52,568 bases of DNA from a virus (taxonomy: Duplodnaviria > Caudoviricetes), in the IMG/VR virus record IMGVR_UViG_3300001765_000049, positions 1 through 52,568 of that record. One strand, written 5' to 3'. Each line of letters opens with the position of its first letter. Positions within the stretch are counted from its first letter, which is position 1. Below, in pieces: positions 1 through 9,883 of this stretch. Below the pieces are notes generated by a model that saw only the letters and a program-made list of their open reading frames with translations, did no database searches and was not told the origin of the DNA. The translations under genes were made by a program, and so were the position numbers.

Positions 1-1
1 T

Positions 2-406
2 GATGGGGGTAGTTTATGTTCAGGAGTGGTTGGCATGAAATTAGGCGTGAGAAATCAATATGTGGAATCAACAGATAAAATAAAAAAAGCATATACTGAA
101 AAAAAATTGGATAATGTTGAAGGTAATGCAATATCGTTAATTAGTGAGGAATTACCATTACATTTACTTGCGTTAAAAAATAATTTAAAGGTTTATGAAG
201 TTCTGCCTCCCGATTTAGTTAAGCTTCATGGTGTTAGAAAAGCTGGCAATGTACTTAAATATACGCATATGTGGTTTAATACAAAGTTTAATCCAACATA
301 TATTGAGGCGATGAAGAAAAAAATTAAAGAAGATTTCCCAAAATATTATTCATTAATTGAAAAATATGAGTCGGAAGTTTTAGGTAAAATAAAAATGGTG
401 GCATAA
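2..406 (+). CDS. Hypothetical protein, 5'-truncated by the window edge
   Basis: The frame is open from base 2 (DGGSLCSGVVGMKL...) to TAA at 406; the next gene starts 1 nt later. Confidence 0.6.
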   Translation, partial: DGGSLCSGVVGMKLGVRNQYVESTDKIKKAYTEKKLDNVEGNAISLISEELPLHLLALKNNLKVYEVLPPDLVKLHGVRKAGNVLKYTHMWFNTKFNPTYIEAMKKKIKEDFPKYYSLIEKYESEVLGKIKMVA

Positions 407-407
407 T

Positions 408-857
408 ATGATAATAAGTGGTTCATCAACAAGCAGATTATCTGAATTGCGTAAATATACTATAACTAATGTATTTACTCAGCAATATTGGGGTGGTGTG
501 ACCTTTAACAATAATAGCGATGATAATGGTGTTGATTTTACACAATCGACACCGGGCGTAAGGATTGTTTATTATCTTAATGGTATTAAATATATTGATA
601 GTATAAATGCAGGAGTTACGACCACTACATTTAGTTTAACACCGAATAATACGGGGAACTTTATCGACACCAACATATATCAAAATCCAAATAAAGAAAA
701 CATTGTTAGTAATCCAAAAATTTACGATGATGTATTTATAATAAGACAAGAATTATCGGCATTTGATAAAAATTTTAGATTGCAATACATGTCAAGTTTA
801 ATTGATGTTGTTACATATGCTGGCGGTAATTTCTTTAATATAGTTAATAATACTTAA
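408..857 (+). CDS. Putative virion structural protein
   Basis: 149 aa, T/N/G-rich beta-type composition, tightly packed in the structural operon. Confidence 0.5.
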   Translation: MIISGSSTSRLSELRKYTITNVFTQQYWGGVTFNNNSDDNGVDFTQSTPGVRIVYYLNGIKYIDSINAGVTTTTFSLTPNNTGNFIDTNIYQNPNKENIVSNPKIYDDVFIIRQELSAFDKNFRLQYMSSLIDVVTYAGGNFFNIVNNT

Positions 858-861
858 AAAT

Positions 862-1764
862 ATGGCAATAGGGACCTTTGGAGTTGTTAGACCAGCAGAT
901 GTTAGTATCAATGATATTAGCATGTACTATAATTATACTCCAAATAGAGAAACATCAAACAACACAATATTTTCATTAACCCCAACATCAAACTATCTAA
1001 CCGAGAATTTTCTTCCAGATACTGAACAAATAGTTGGAAATCAAAATCTTTTAGAGGGTTTATATAATTTAGTACTACCTGCTTCAACCTTTTTTGAATT
1101 AGGTATTTACACAATATATATTAAGCCGAAAACCACATCATTAGTCATCATGGATTGTAGTGTATTGTCTTCATTACCGAGCGTTAAGGGAATTGTAGTT
1201 AATATGAATGATTTACCCAGTGAGTTGCAGGGAAATAATGCTTTACAGGGTTATAGAATAGAATATATAAATTCTAACGGAACAAAACTAAGGAATGTTG
1301 TTAGATATGTTGTTACATCCAATAAAGTAGTTCCAATTAACGAAAATATTGGTAATACTAATCAGGTTTCTACAAGATACGCATTTAATGATTCCGGCAC
1401 ATTAATATTTCTACAACTAACTCCAAGTAGTTCAAGTGATGTTAAACCGAATGTAAATCCATTTATTGGTAATGTGGGACAAACAATTTTATTATCAAAT
1501 ACATATTTCACACCATTGGTAATAGAGGTCGAATTGGTGCAAAACACAATTGATACAATTGCAAATATTGTTGGTGGTCAACAGGTTAAAGATGTGCAGA
1601 ATGGAATACTAACATATTATGACGAAAACAATGTCATTACAAATCAATTTAATTTATTTGAAATTAAAGATGACGTTACCGATGTTCCACTATATGAGGT
1701 TAAAGAAAAGAGAACAAATATTGACACGACTCAAAATTTTGATAGTGTTATAAATGGTATCTAA
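862..1764 (+). CDS. Putative virion structural (baseplate/tail) protein
   Basis: 300 aa, starts MAIGTFG, N/T/V-rich, lies upstream of the large baseplate-like gene. Confidence 0.55.
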   Translation: MAIGTFGVVRPADVSINDISMYYNYTPNRETSNNTIFSLTPTSNYLTENFLPDTEQIVGNQNLLEGLYNLVLPASTFFELGIYTIYIKPKTTSLVIMDCSVLSSLPSVKGIVVNMNDLPSELQGNNALQGYRIEYINSNGTKLRNVVRYVVTSNKVVPINENIGNTNQVSTRYAFNDSGTLIFLQLTPSSSSDVKPNVNPFIGNVGQTILLSNTYFTPLVIEVELVQNTIDTIANIVGGQQVKDVQNGILTYYDENNVITNQFNLFEIKDDVTDVPLYEVKEKRTNIDTTQNFDSVINGI

Positions 1765-1785
1765 TTTTATAATTTTTTTAGTTAT

Positions 1786-1818
1786 AAAAAATCCCAATCT
1801 AACAATTGGGATTTTTTT
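1786..1818 (+). terminator. Rho-independent terminator
   Basis: Hairpin AAAAAATCCCAAT-ctaaca-ATTGGGATTTTTTT with T tract. Confidence 0.75.
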
Positions 1819-1826
1819 ATTTCATT

Positions 1827-1834
1827 GTATTTAT
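1827..1834 (+). promoter_or_regulatory. Putative phage late-promoter motif GTATTTAT
   Basis: Starts 25 nt upstream of the 1852 start; the same motif sits at similar spacing before more than 10 genes in the window. Confidence 0.6.
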
Positions 1835-1851
1835 ATTAAAATGTAAAGATT

Positions 1852-4800
1852 GTGGGAAAAGTAAAAGTAGTTGGTACAGGTCTTGACCAAAATTTAAATG
1901 GAACATATTTTAATAACACGGCTTCCGAAACCATATTTTCATTCGGAAGTTTTAGCGTTACCTCAAATTTTAACGGTAGGTCATTTATTGATTATACTGA
2001 TACCCTAAGTAGTTTTGTTCGTCCAGTTACTTTAGAAACTATGGGTATAACTGAGGTTCAATCCACAGTAATTCATGAATATCAAACAAATGCCATTTTA
2101 AATTTAAATAAATCTAATTTAAATACTTTTATTAGATTTGGTTCTGCATATGAATTCCTACGAAATTCAATTCAAAATATTATTTTAAAATATCCCGGAA
2201 GTTTATTTGGCGACTCGAATACTATTAGGGGAGGTAACAAAAGTTTTTATGATTTATCTGGCAATACTTCCAATAATACATATACATTTAAACTAGATGT
2301 GGCATTTATTACAAATGTATTTGGAATTGCATATAATTTTGGCAATACCACAGTAACTGTTGGAGAGGAAACAAAAAATCTCAATTTATCTTATGAGAAA
2401 TACGTTGTTTGGTCAAAATATGACCCTGAAAACGTATATCCAATAATTGGCTATACTGGTAACACTACAAGCAGGCAATATATTATGGTTCAAACCGAAG
2501 GCAATCCATTCTCATTTAATACTGGTAGTACTGGTTATGTTGATTTTCACATTAAGCCAAATAATTTGGTTTTTGAAGAATTCAGGGTAATGTTGAATGG
2601 ATATGAACAATATATTATGTCTAACAGAGTAAAAAATGCGGGGTTTGATTTCATGCTTAATAATCCCACACTTTTAGATGATGGCAGTATAACATATGTA
2701 AATACCACCATGTCTTGGGCAACAACCGATGGTTATAATATTGATATTAATAATTCTTCATATAATAAGTTTTTAAATTCGTTTTTAACGATTGGTACAA
2801 AATATGATTCAATTAAAACGGATTTAATTGCAAGATTTTTAACGCCAGCCTCATTAAAAACATATGACCTTACTCAAGAAGGTAAGATGACAAAACTTTT
2901 GAGAGTTTATGGTCAAGAATTCGACCAATTAAGAGAATTTATCGATTCGCTAGTTTATATTAATACTATAACATATAATAAAATTAATAATATTCCTGAC
3001 CAATTAATTAGTAATTTTGCTAGAACATTGGGGTGGAATTATTTTACATTAGTAAATGAATCAGAACTAGTTACAAGTGTTTTTAATACTAGCGATACTG
3101 AAAGAAATTTAAAATCAGATTTACTTCCTGCTGAGGTTAATATTGAATTGTGGAGACGTATTTTAATAAATGCTAATTATTTTTGGAAGTCAAAAGGTAC
3201 TAGAGAAGCAATTAAATCAATTTTCTTAATGATTGGTATTCCAGAACCATTCATTAATATAACTGAATATGTCTATACTGTTGACGGGAAAATTGACCCA
3301 AGAACTGCAGCTTTAAATTTCCCTGGATATACTGCAGCTTCATTGCCATATAATACCGATGGTTACCCTAAAGCACCTTTAGAGTCTAGTGCATTTTATT
3401 TTCAAATTGCAGGTGATAGTGATAGTGGTCAGGAATATATGAATATTTTCCGTAAAGCCGGATTTAATCTTACAAAAACCGTTGATAATAAGAAATCTTG
3501 GATGGAAGCGGGTGCAACAACTAGGGTTCATAGTACTACGCCCCAATATATTCAAGCTGATAGTAAATTGGTATTGAATACAAAAGAGGTTGATGTTGCA
3601 CTCGATACCGCACAAGGTATTGAATACGATGTATATAATTACATTAAGAAAGATTTTGGAGCTAATTCAAGTGGTTATACAATGCCTTTCACTTATGTAA
3701 ATATTTCGTTGGGGGTTAGTGCAAGTCAAAACACTTTTCCCTTACCATATAATAAAACGGAAGGTAATTTGGAAGTTCGTTTCAATGGTATATTACTAAA
3801 TGCACCAAGTGTTAGCGGAATAACCGATACTAATCAAGCTAATTATATAATTAATAACGATAATACGTTTACGTTGGTAGGTGTTACAGCACAATCAAAT
3901 GGCTATCGAAGGGATGTGATACAAGCCACCTTTATTTATAGTGGGTCAACTGCTAAACCAATGAGTGGTATATCAGTACAATATGTCGTTACTAGGGTTA
4001 AAGCAAAAATGAATGGCACATATATTCCATTGCCAAGCTACCCAAGTGGTGATGTTCAAGTAACAATAAATGGAATTGCACTTACAAAGGGTACGCCACA
4101 ATTTGCTGCTGATTATATCGTAGACCCTGCAAATACAAGTGGGTCAAGTCAAATAATCATTAGTAATCCGGATGTTATTGGATATCTTAATGTTAATCCG
4201 GATGTTCAGATTGCCTATGTATATGTTAGTGGCAGTACGCTTATTAATGCTAGAAGTGAGGTATATAGAATTGATAGTTTTAGCACTAGTAAGTTTTATT
4301 ATGATAGTACCGCAAATAAAAATATATTTAAATTAAATTATAAGGTAAATAATGCATCTGAAGTAAAAATATTAATTGATGGAATCGCATTAGAGCCTGG
4401 AACTGATTATAGTGTTAATTCACAAAATCCTTATGAAATTTTCATGCCTAAAGGTTTGCATTATGGTAGTGTTATCAGTGCATATTATTTAGTAGCACAA
4501 AGTGATTACTTTAACCCAATTGTTGCTAATGATTTCGGTATTGGAGACATAAGCAATTTATCATTTTTAGAGTTTATTGAATTAATTCAGAGAAAATTAA
4601 TTAATGCTAGAACTAGAAAGACGATATCTGATTTCAGAGGTGGTTGGTATCCAACATTGTTAAGTCTTTATATTAAATATTTAGAAAGAGGAACATTACC
4701 GGAAAGTAATCCATTACATTCTAATGGTTATACTTTTGAAAATCTTTATCCATTCCTGAGCAAGTACAATGCATTCTTTCAGAGATTTGTTGATGAATTA

Positions 4801-6492
4801 TTATCTGCAACAATAATATTGAATAAGAGTGGATTGCTTATTAGGAATACCGTTTTCACTAAACAAAAATTCATGTATAAAAGAGGTGTGAATGTTTTAG
4901 GTAACAACAGAACGCCTTTAAATTATTTTGGTGATGATGGTAGTATATTCTTAATTAATGAAGTTCCGGTAATTTCAGGTGAAACAACACCTGGAATTCT
5001 TGGGAGTATTAAGACTGGTGGTAGAAATATTCTAGGCTATAAAAATATTACTGAATATGGTATTGAATATAGAATTGCCAATGGATATTACGGGGGTTCA
5101 CTACCAATTGGATTGGAAAATCTTGGTATTTATGAAACCGTTGATATTGATGCGGATGGATATTATTCACATGTTTGGACTAAAATTGCTAAAATTGGTA
5201 ATTTACTTGTGGATAATTTTAACATTACAATTCCAAGTAGCGGATATTTAGAGTATAATACACCATATGAATACAGAATGTATGTTAAATCGGGTATATA
5301 TGGATTTACCGGTGATACATTACAAATTACAACAGCATCTGAGCCAATATTACCCAATAGTATTACAACAACATCATTTACAAATAAAACTAGTGGTGGT
5401 TTTACTACTGGTGGTAAAAATATTGTAGGTTATGGTGATATCGACTATTATTCAGTTCAATATAGAGTGAATGGTGATACAACTTGGCTATTACCATCAT
5501 CTCCATCAAATGGTCCATTAGCAGTAAATTATTTCACTAAAACCATAACTGAATTATTACCATTAACTAATTATGAATATCGTGCATATATGGTAATTAA
5601 TGGTGTCACTTATACTGGTGCAATATTAAATACTACTACACTTGCAGTGGCAACATATGTACCAACTTTAGAAACTAGTGGTGTTACTTCAATTACAATA
5701 TCTAGCGGAAGTGGTGGCGGTAATGTAACTTCTGATGGTGGTGCAAGTGTAACAGCACGTGGGGTAATTTGGGGAACGAGTCCAAATCCAACAATAGCAT
5801 TACCCACTAAGACAACTGATGGAAGTGGAACAGGTTCATTCTCAAGTAATATAACAGGTTTGGGTGATAATACAACATATTATGTTCGCGCCTATGCAAC
5901 AAACTCTGTTGGAACTGGATATGGTAATCAGGTTAGTTTTACCACATTGGTAATACCACCAGTTGAGGTATATTTAACGAATGCCTCATATAATGGTGTT
6001 TCAGGTGGAGAATACGATAGTCAATGGCAAGCACAAATTACAACAAGTAGACCATTAGTTGCGGGTGAGGGCTTTGATTTACATTATCAAACATGTGCAT
6101 TATCAGTAGTATCCGCACCAGAACCAACATTGAGTCATTATATTTGCGCTAATGCATACTTAATTAAATCTCCGGGAACAACAAAAGTTAATCGTTCATA
6201 TAGTAAAGTACCTGCAAATACTTTAGATAGCTCTTCATTGGATAAAATAGGAGTAATAAAAATTAACTCAACAAATTATGATTGTTATTTTGCGTATGCC
6301 GATGCGTGTAGCAGTAGTGGTTCTCATAGCTGTGTATATCATAACTGTTCAAACGTTTCGTTATCGTCAATAGATAATTGCTGTGGTGGCATTGAGTTTA
6401 ATTTAACTCTCGGAACTATTTCAGCAAACAATGATAATATCGAATTTTCTGGTTGTGGTGGTATAACTGGTGGCGGTGGACTATTTGAATAA
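1852..6492 (+). CDS. Large virion protein (baseplate wedge/tail-like) with C-terminal fibronectin type III modules and a Cys-rich tip
   Basis: 1546 aa. Has a baseplate/tail-protein-like motif (LWRRILINANYFWKSKGTREAI), repeated V-x-x-NG-I-x-L beta modules, and FN3-like modules ending YEYRMYV, YEYRAYM and TTYYVRAYATN. GTG start. Confidence 0.65.
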   Translation: MGKVKVVGTGLDQNLNGTYFNNTASETIFSFGSFSVTSNFNGRSFIDYTDTLSSFVRPVTLETMGITEVQSTVIHEYQTNAILNLNKSNLNTFIRFGSAYEFLRNSIQNIILKYPGSLFGDSNTIRGGNKSFYDLSGNTSNNTYTFKLDVAFITNVFGIAYNFGNTTVTVGEETKNLNLSYEKYVVWSKYDPENVYPIIGYTGNTTSRQYIMVQTEGNPFSFNTGSTGYVDFHIKPNNLVFEEFRVMLNGYEQYIMSNRVKNAGFDFMLNNPTLLDDGSITYVNTTMSWATTDGYNIDINNSSYNKFLNSFLTIGTKYDSIKTDLIARFLTPASLKTYDLTQEGKMTKLLRVYGQEFDQLREFIDSLVYINTITYNKINNIPDQLISNFARTLGWNYFTLVNESELVTSVFNTSDTERNLKSDLLPAEVNIELWRRILINANYFWKSKGTREAIKSIFLMIGIPEPFINITEYVYTVDGKIDPRTAALNFPGYTAASLPYNTDGYPKAPLESSAFYFQIAGDSDSGQEYMNIFRKAGFNLTKTVDNKKSWMEAGATTRVHSTTPQYIQADSKLVLNTKEVDVALDTAQGIEYDVYNYIKKDFGANSSGYTMPFTYVNISLGVSASQNTFPLPYNKTEGNLEVRFNGILLNAPSVSGITDTNQANYIINNDNTFTLVGVTAQSNGYRRDVIQATFIYSGSTAKPMSGISVQYVVTRVKAKMNGTYIPLPSYPSGDVQVTINGIALTKGTPQFAADYIVDPANTSGSSQIIISNPDVIGYLNVNPDVQIAYVYVSGSTLINARSEVYRIDSFSTSKFYYDSTANKNIFKLNYKVNNASEVKILIDGIALEPGTDYSVNSQNPYEIFMPKGLHYGSVISAYYLVAQSDYFNPIVANDFGIGDISNLSFLEFIELIQRKLINARTRKTISDFRGGWYPTLLSLYIKYLERGTLPESNPLHSNGYTFENLYPFLSKYNAFFQRFVDELLSATIILNKSGLLIRNTVFTKQKFMYKRGVNVLGNNRTPLNYFGDDGSIFLINEVPVISGETTPGILGSIKTGGRNILGYKNITEYGIEYRIANGYYGGSLPIGLENLGIYETVDIDADGYYSHVWTKIAKIGNLLVDNFNITIPSSGYLEYNTPYEYRMYVKSGIYGFTGDTLQITTASEPILPNSITTTSFTNKTSGGFTTGGKNIVGYGDIDYYSVQYRVNGDTTWLLPSSPSNGPLAVNYFTKTITELLPLTNYEYRAYMVINGVTYTGAILNTTTLAVATYVPTLETSGVTSITISSGSGGGNVTSDGGASVTARGVIWGTSPNPTIALPTKTTDGSGTGSFSSNITGLGDNTTYYVRAYATNSVGTGYGNQVSFTTLVIPPVEVYLTNASYNGVSGGEYDSQWQAQITTSRPLVAGEGFDLHYQTCALSVVSAPEPTLSHYICANAYLIKSPGTTKVNRSYSKVPANTLDSSSLDKIGVIKINSTNYDCYFAYADACSSSGSHSCVYHNCSNVSLSSIDNCCGGIEFNLTLGTISANNDNIEFSGCGGITGGGGLFE

Positions 6493-6505
6493 AATAAAAT
6501 TAATT

Positions 6506-6513
6506 GTATTTAT
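6506..6513 (+). promoter_or_regulatory. Putative late-promoter motif GTATTTAT
   Basis: Starts 24 nt upstream of ATG 6530. Confidence 0.6.
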
Positions 6514-6529
6514 AACAAAGAATAATTAA

Positions 6530-7819
6530 ATGGCATTCATTGAAAAAAAAGACCCAGTAATTTTAAATATTAAATTAACCTCAAAAGGTAGGAAACAACT
6601 ATCGACAGGTAATTTAACCTTTAGTTATTTTGCTATTGGTGATAGTGAAATTGATTATAAATTCAATGCTAGTACTGGTCTTGACCCATATAAATCGAAT
6701 ATATTAAGACCTGCTGATGTTAATCCAGATTTTCTTTCATTCGTTCCCATGAATTTAGATGGTAACCCATATAATCCAATTTCATTATCTCCTTCATCAT
6801 ATCAAGTTACAAATACTGCGGGGTCGATTGGATTTTTTACAAGTGGTGGGACATCTTTTATTACTGATAGTAACCACGTTAAACAACCTAGCGTGATGGT
6901 TAAAATGAGTGGTGTTACTGGTGGTAAAACACTAAGACTTTGGAAGTCGCCATCATATGGTATTAGTGCTGTTGAACCAGCAATTGGCGATTATTTGCTA
7001 GTTAGATGGACATTAAGCGAAAATACCACAGGATTTACAATCAATACTAGTAATCCAACACCATATTTATGGTATAGAATTAATGGTAAAACGGGTACTT
7101 TAGGCGCAAATACTCTTAGTGTTACTGTGGATAGAAATTTACCAAATTTTAGTGGTTATACACTTACCAATGTTAATGCGGGTGCATTAGTTTATTATAA
7201 TTATATTAATTATAGTGGCGATACAATATTTATTGATAATTCAACTGATTATATTGATGAAAGTGTATTAGCATTTCAGGAAAATAGTCAATGTCCTACA
7301 ATAGTGTATCCATTTTGGAATATGTCAATTATTTTTACCGAAGAAATTGCAGGTGTATTAACCGGAACTTCATATAGAAAATATAATCAATTTAATAGTA
7401 TTGCATATGGTGGGTTTGTTTCATATATACAAAATCAAGCACCAATTCATAAAAAATTGGGGGTTATTCACTATACAAATTCGTCACCCGCTAATGTTTA
7501 TGCAGAGGGATTTTACTTAAACACACCGAAATTAGAGATACCAACATTAATGTGGCATAAGTCTTCAACAAAGAAAATTGGCGTTACATTAAGTGCATAT
7601 GGAAGTCCACAAATGGTTACGGGAGTTACGTCTTCACTCAATGCGGAATATTATGATTTAGCTGATTCAGATGGTAATGTTGTTGGTAAAGTATTTACAG
7701 ATTTGAAAATATTTGTAATTGAAGACCAAGAATTATTATTTGCAATGTCTTATAAATCAAATAGGTCATGGACACTTCCAACATACTTAGTCTATGCTAA
7801 TGATAGTGGTTGTGTTTAA
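6530..7819 (+). CDS. Virion structural protein (tail-fibre/baseplate associated)
   Basis: The N-terminal KLTSKGRKQL...FAIGDSEIDY motif is typical of tail-collar/baseplate proteins. Confidence 0.6.
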   Translation: MAFIEKKDPVILNIKLTSKGRKQLSTGNLTFSYFAIGDSEIDYKFNASTGLDPYKSNILRPADVNPDFLSFVPMNLDGNPYNPISLSPSSYQVTNTAGSIGFFTSGGTSFITDSNHVKQPSVMVKMSGVTGGKTLRLWKSPSYGISAVEPAIGDYLLVRWTLSENTTGFTINTSNPTPYLWYRINGKTGTLGANTLSVTVDRNLPNFSGYTLTNVNAGALVYYNYINYSGDTIFIDNSTDYIDESVLAFQENSQCPTIVYPFWNMSIIFTEEIAGVLTGTSYRKYNQFNSIAYGGFVSYIQNQAPIHKKLGVIHYTNSSPANVYAEGFYLNTPKLEIPTLMWHKSSTKKIGVTLSAYGSPQMVTGVTSSLNAEYYDLADSDGNVVGKVFTDLKIFVIEDQELLFAMSYKSNRSWTLPTYLVYANDSGCV

Positions 7820-7833
7820 AAAAATATAAAATT

Positions 7834-8583
7834 ATGGCAACAGGTTATACAGCATTTATTACATACATTTTAGTACCATCCGGTCTTACAAGTGGCTATG
7901 GTTATAGCGAAGCAATTCATTGTAATTATATTGAAACACTATCATTACAGAATAATCCCTATATTCAGAAAATCAATATAAATTTTCCAGAGATTAGTGA
8001 TTTTAAATTTTTAAGCACAGGGATAACTACGGGAACTGGTTTTACCGCTAATAAAATATACGCTTTAGTTCAATTAGTTAGTGGTCTGACAGATAGTACT
8101 ACAACAATTACCCCATTATCGCAAAATTGGAAAATGTTTGATATTACTAGCCAAATTCCTGGTCATGTTTCGGGTGTTGCAATAACTCCAGCAGAATTAG
8201 TTAGTACTGTATTTAGTATACCACTATTAAATTATACTGGTTTTACCACATATAATTTAAGTTATCTTACTTATCCAAATGCATTGGTAGGTGATGATAG
8301 CAAATTATGTTTTGGCGATGAAACATACTTCATGGGTAATGTTACAAGCAATATATATGCAGATGTATATACTACTAATCTTTCAATCATGTTACCATTA
8401 AATCAATTTAATTCATCTACCAATCCCACGTGGACAGCTATGACAACCAAACCGCCAGTAGCTATTACCGAAATTGGTATATACGATGCTGACATGAATT
8501 TAGTTGGAATTGGTAAACTAAATGACCCGCTAATCAAGGATGCAACAATCTCAAGAACTATTCTATTTGCAATAGATTTTTAA
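7834..8583 (+). CDS. Virion structural protein (tail-collar-like C-terminus)
   Basis: C-terminal ITEIGIYDADMNLVGIGKLNDPLIK motif. ATG 7834 is preferred over the track's TTG at 7810. Confidence 0.6.
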   Translation: MATGYTAFITYILVPSGLTSGYGYSEAIHCNYIETLSLQNNPYIQKININFPEISDFKFLSTGITTGTGFTANKIYALVQLVSGLTDSTTTITPLSQNWKMFDITSQIPGHVSGVAITPAELVSTVFSIPLLNYTGFTTYNLSYLTYPNALVGDDSKLCFGDETYFMGNVTSNIYADVYTTNLSIMLPLNQFNSSTNPTWTAMTTKPPVAITEIGIYDADMNLVGIGKLNDPLIKDATISRTILFAIDF

Positions 8584-8630
8584 TTTATTCGAAATAATCA
8601 TAAAATTTTATATTTTTTTATAATTTCTTA

Positions 8631-8638
8631 GTATTTAT
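8631..8638 (+). promoter_or_regulatory. Putative late-promoter motif GTATTTAT
   Basis: In the intergenic region upstream of 8671. Confidence 0.5.
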
Positions 8639-8670
8639 TATAAATATTAAAGAAAATTATAAAAAAATAT

Positions 8671-8889
8671 ATGAAAGAATTACTTACGCTTAGTGAAACA
8701 AAGCCGAAATCTATTATAATCGAAGGTGATTTACATAATAGTTTTAAATTATTGTGCAAGGGAAAGAGCATGAAAATCGGTGGGGTTATTGAAGACCTAA
8801 TTAAATTATATCTACGTGACCCAAAATACATCCAAAAAATGATTGATGAAATGAAAGACGAGAAATTGGTCTTTAAACAACTTAAATAA
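8671..8889 (+). CDS. Small putative ribbon-helix-helix DNA-binding protein
   Basis: KSIIIEGDLHNSFKLLCKGKSMKIGGVIEDLIKLYL fits a strand-helix-helix pattern. Confidence 0.5.
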   Translation: MKELLTLSETKPKSIIIEGDLHNSFKLLCKGKSMKIGGVIEDLIKLYLRDPKYIQKMIDEMKDEKLVFKQLK

Positions 8890-8891
8890 TT

Positions 8892-9503
8892 ATGGAAAAA
8901 TATATATGGTCATTAGACATAAGCACCACTAATATTGGATTTGCATTATGGGATATTAATGGTAAGCTAATCGAACTAAAACATTTAGAACTGAAAACCG
9001 CAAAAGATGTTGATGTGGAAAACAGAGATATTCATAAAGCCGAGATATTCAGACAATATGTAATAGATTTCAAAGAAAGAATTCTTAATGAACTCAACGG
9101 TGAAATCATACACATAATTGTGGAAGAACCACTTGGCGGTAGTAATAATTCAAACACCGTATCACTTTTATATGGATTTAACGGTATTTGCAGATACATA
9201 TTATTTACCGTCTTTGATAAATTTCCAATTAAAATTAGTGTATATGATAGTCGAAAGTTATTCTGCACCGAATTGGTTAAGACTACTAAGGTTAAAGGTG
9301 AGTTGAAAGAAACACTTTCATTCCCCAAAGAATATATTAAAGAAAAAAAATTGTATATTTGGGAAAAGGTTTGTAAATTAGAACCCCAGATTGAATGGTT
9401 TTATAAGAAGAATTCAACCGAGCCACGTGACATGTGTTTTGATATGTCTGATAGCTATGCCGTGGGATTCGCAGGACTTAAGCAATTGGGCATTATTAAA
9501 TGA
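8892..9503 (+). CDS. ruvC: RuvC-like Holliday junction resolvase
   Basis: RNase H-fold acidic motifs SLDISTTNIG, IIVEEP and FDMSDSYAV. Confidence 0.7.
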   Translation: MEKYIWSLDISTTNIGFALWDINGKLIELKHLELKTAKDVDVENRDIHKAEIFRQYVIDFKERILNELNGEIIHIIVEEPLGGSNNSNTVSLLYGFNGICRYILFTVFDKFPIKISVYDSRKLFCTELVKTTKVKGELKETLSFPKEYIKEKKLYIWEKVCKLEPQIEWFYKKNSTEPRDMCFDMSDSYAVGFAGLKQLGIIK

Positions 9504-9808
9504 AATACATATATTTAATTCAATCACTAGAAGAAGGCTATTATAAAATAGGTGTTTCTAAGAATCCTACCAAAAGACTGCAGCAATTACAGACGGGAAA
9601 TTCATCCGTGTTAAAACTCATTGATACGTATAAGACTGAACACGCTGATATTGTCGAGAAGGCATTACAGAGGGGTTATAAGCATTTACATAAAGAGGGT
9701 GAATGGTTTAATTTATCATTAGAAGAAGAGCAGGGTTTTAATAAAAACTGTAAAAGAATAGAGGATAACATTATCTTTTTAAGAAAAAATAATAATGTAT
9801 TTATATAA
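9500..9808 (+). CDS. GIY-YIG superfamily nuclease (T5orf172-like)
   Basis: YIYLI...YYKIGVSKNPTKRLQQLQTGN...E...GEWF motifs. Confidence 0.8.
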   Translation: MKYIYLIQSLEEGYYKIGVSKNPTKRLQQLQTGNSSVLKLIDTYKTEHADIVEKALQRGYKHLHKEGEWFNLSLEEEQGFNKNCKRIEDNIIFLRKNNNVFI

Positions 9809-9836
9809 ACCTCTTGTCTTTATAAGATATTTATTA

Positions 9837-9844
9837 TAAGTTTG
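9837..9844 (+). promoter_or_regulatory. Bacteroidota housekeeping promoter -7 element (TAAGTTTG)
   Basis: Matches TAnnTTTG, with a TTG about 23 nt upstream; lies before 9884. Confidence 0.55.
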
Positions 9845-9883
9845 ACAAAAATTTAAAATAATATTAACTAAATTTATTAATAC

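Noticed and set aside
5950-6492. Diversity-generating retroelement target in the tail protein tip
   Set aside because: No template repeat or reverse transcriptase is visible in this window.
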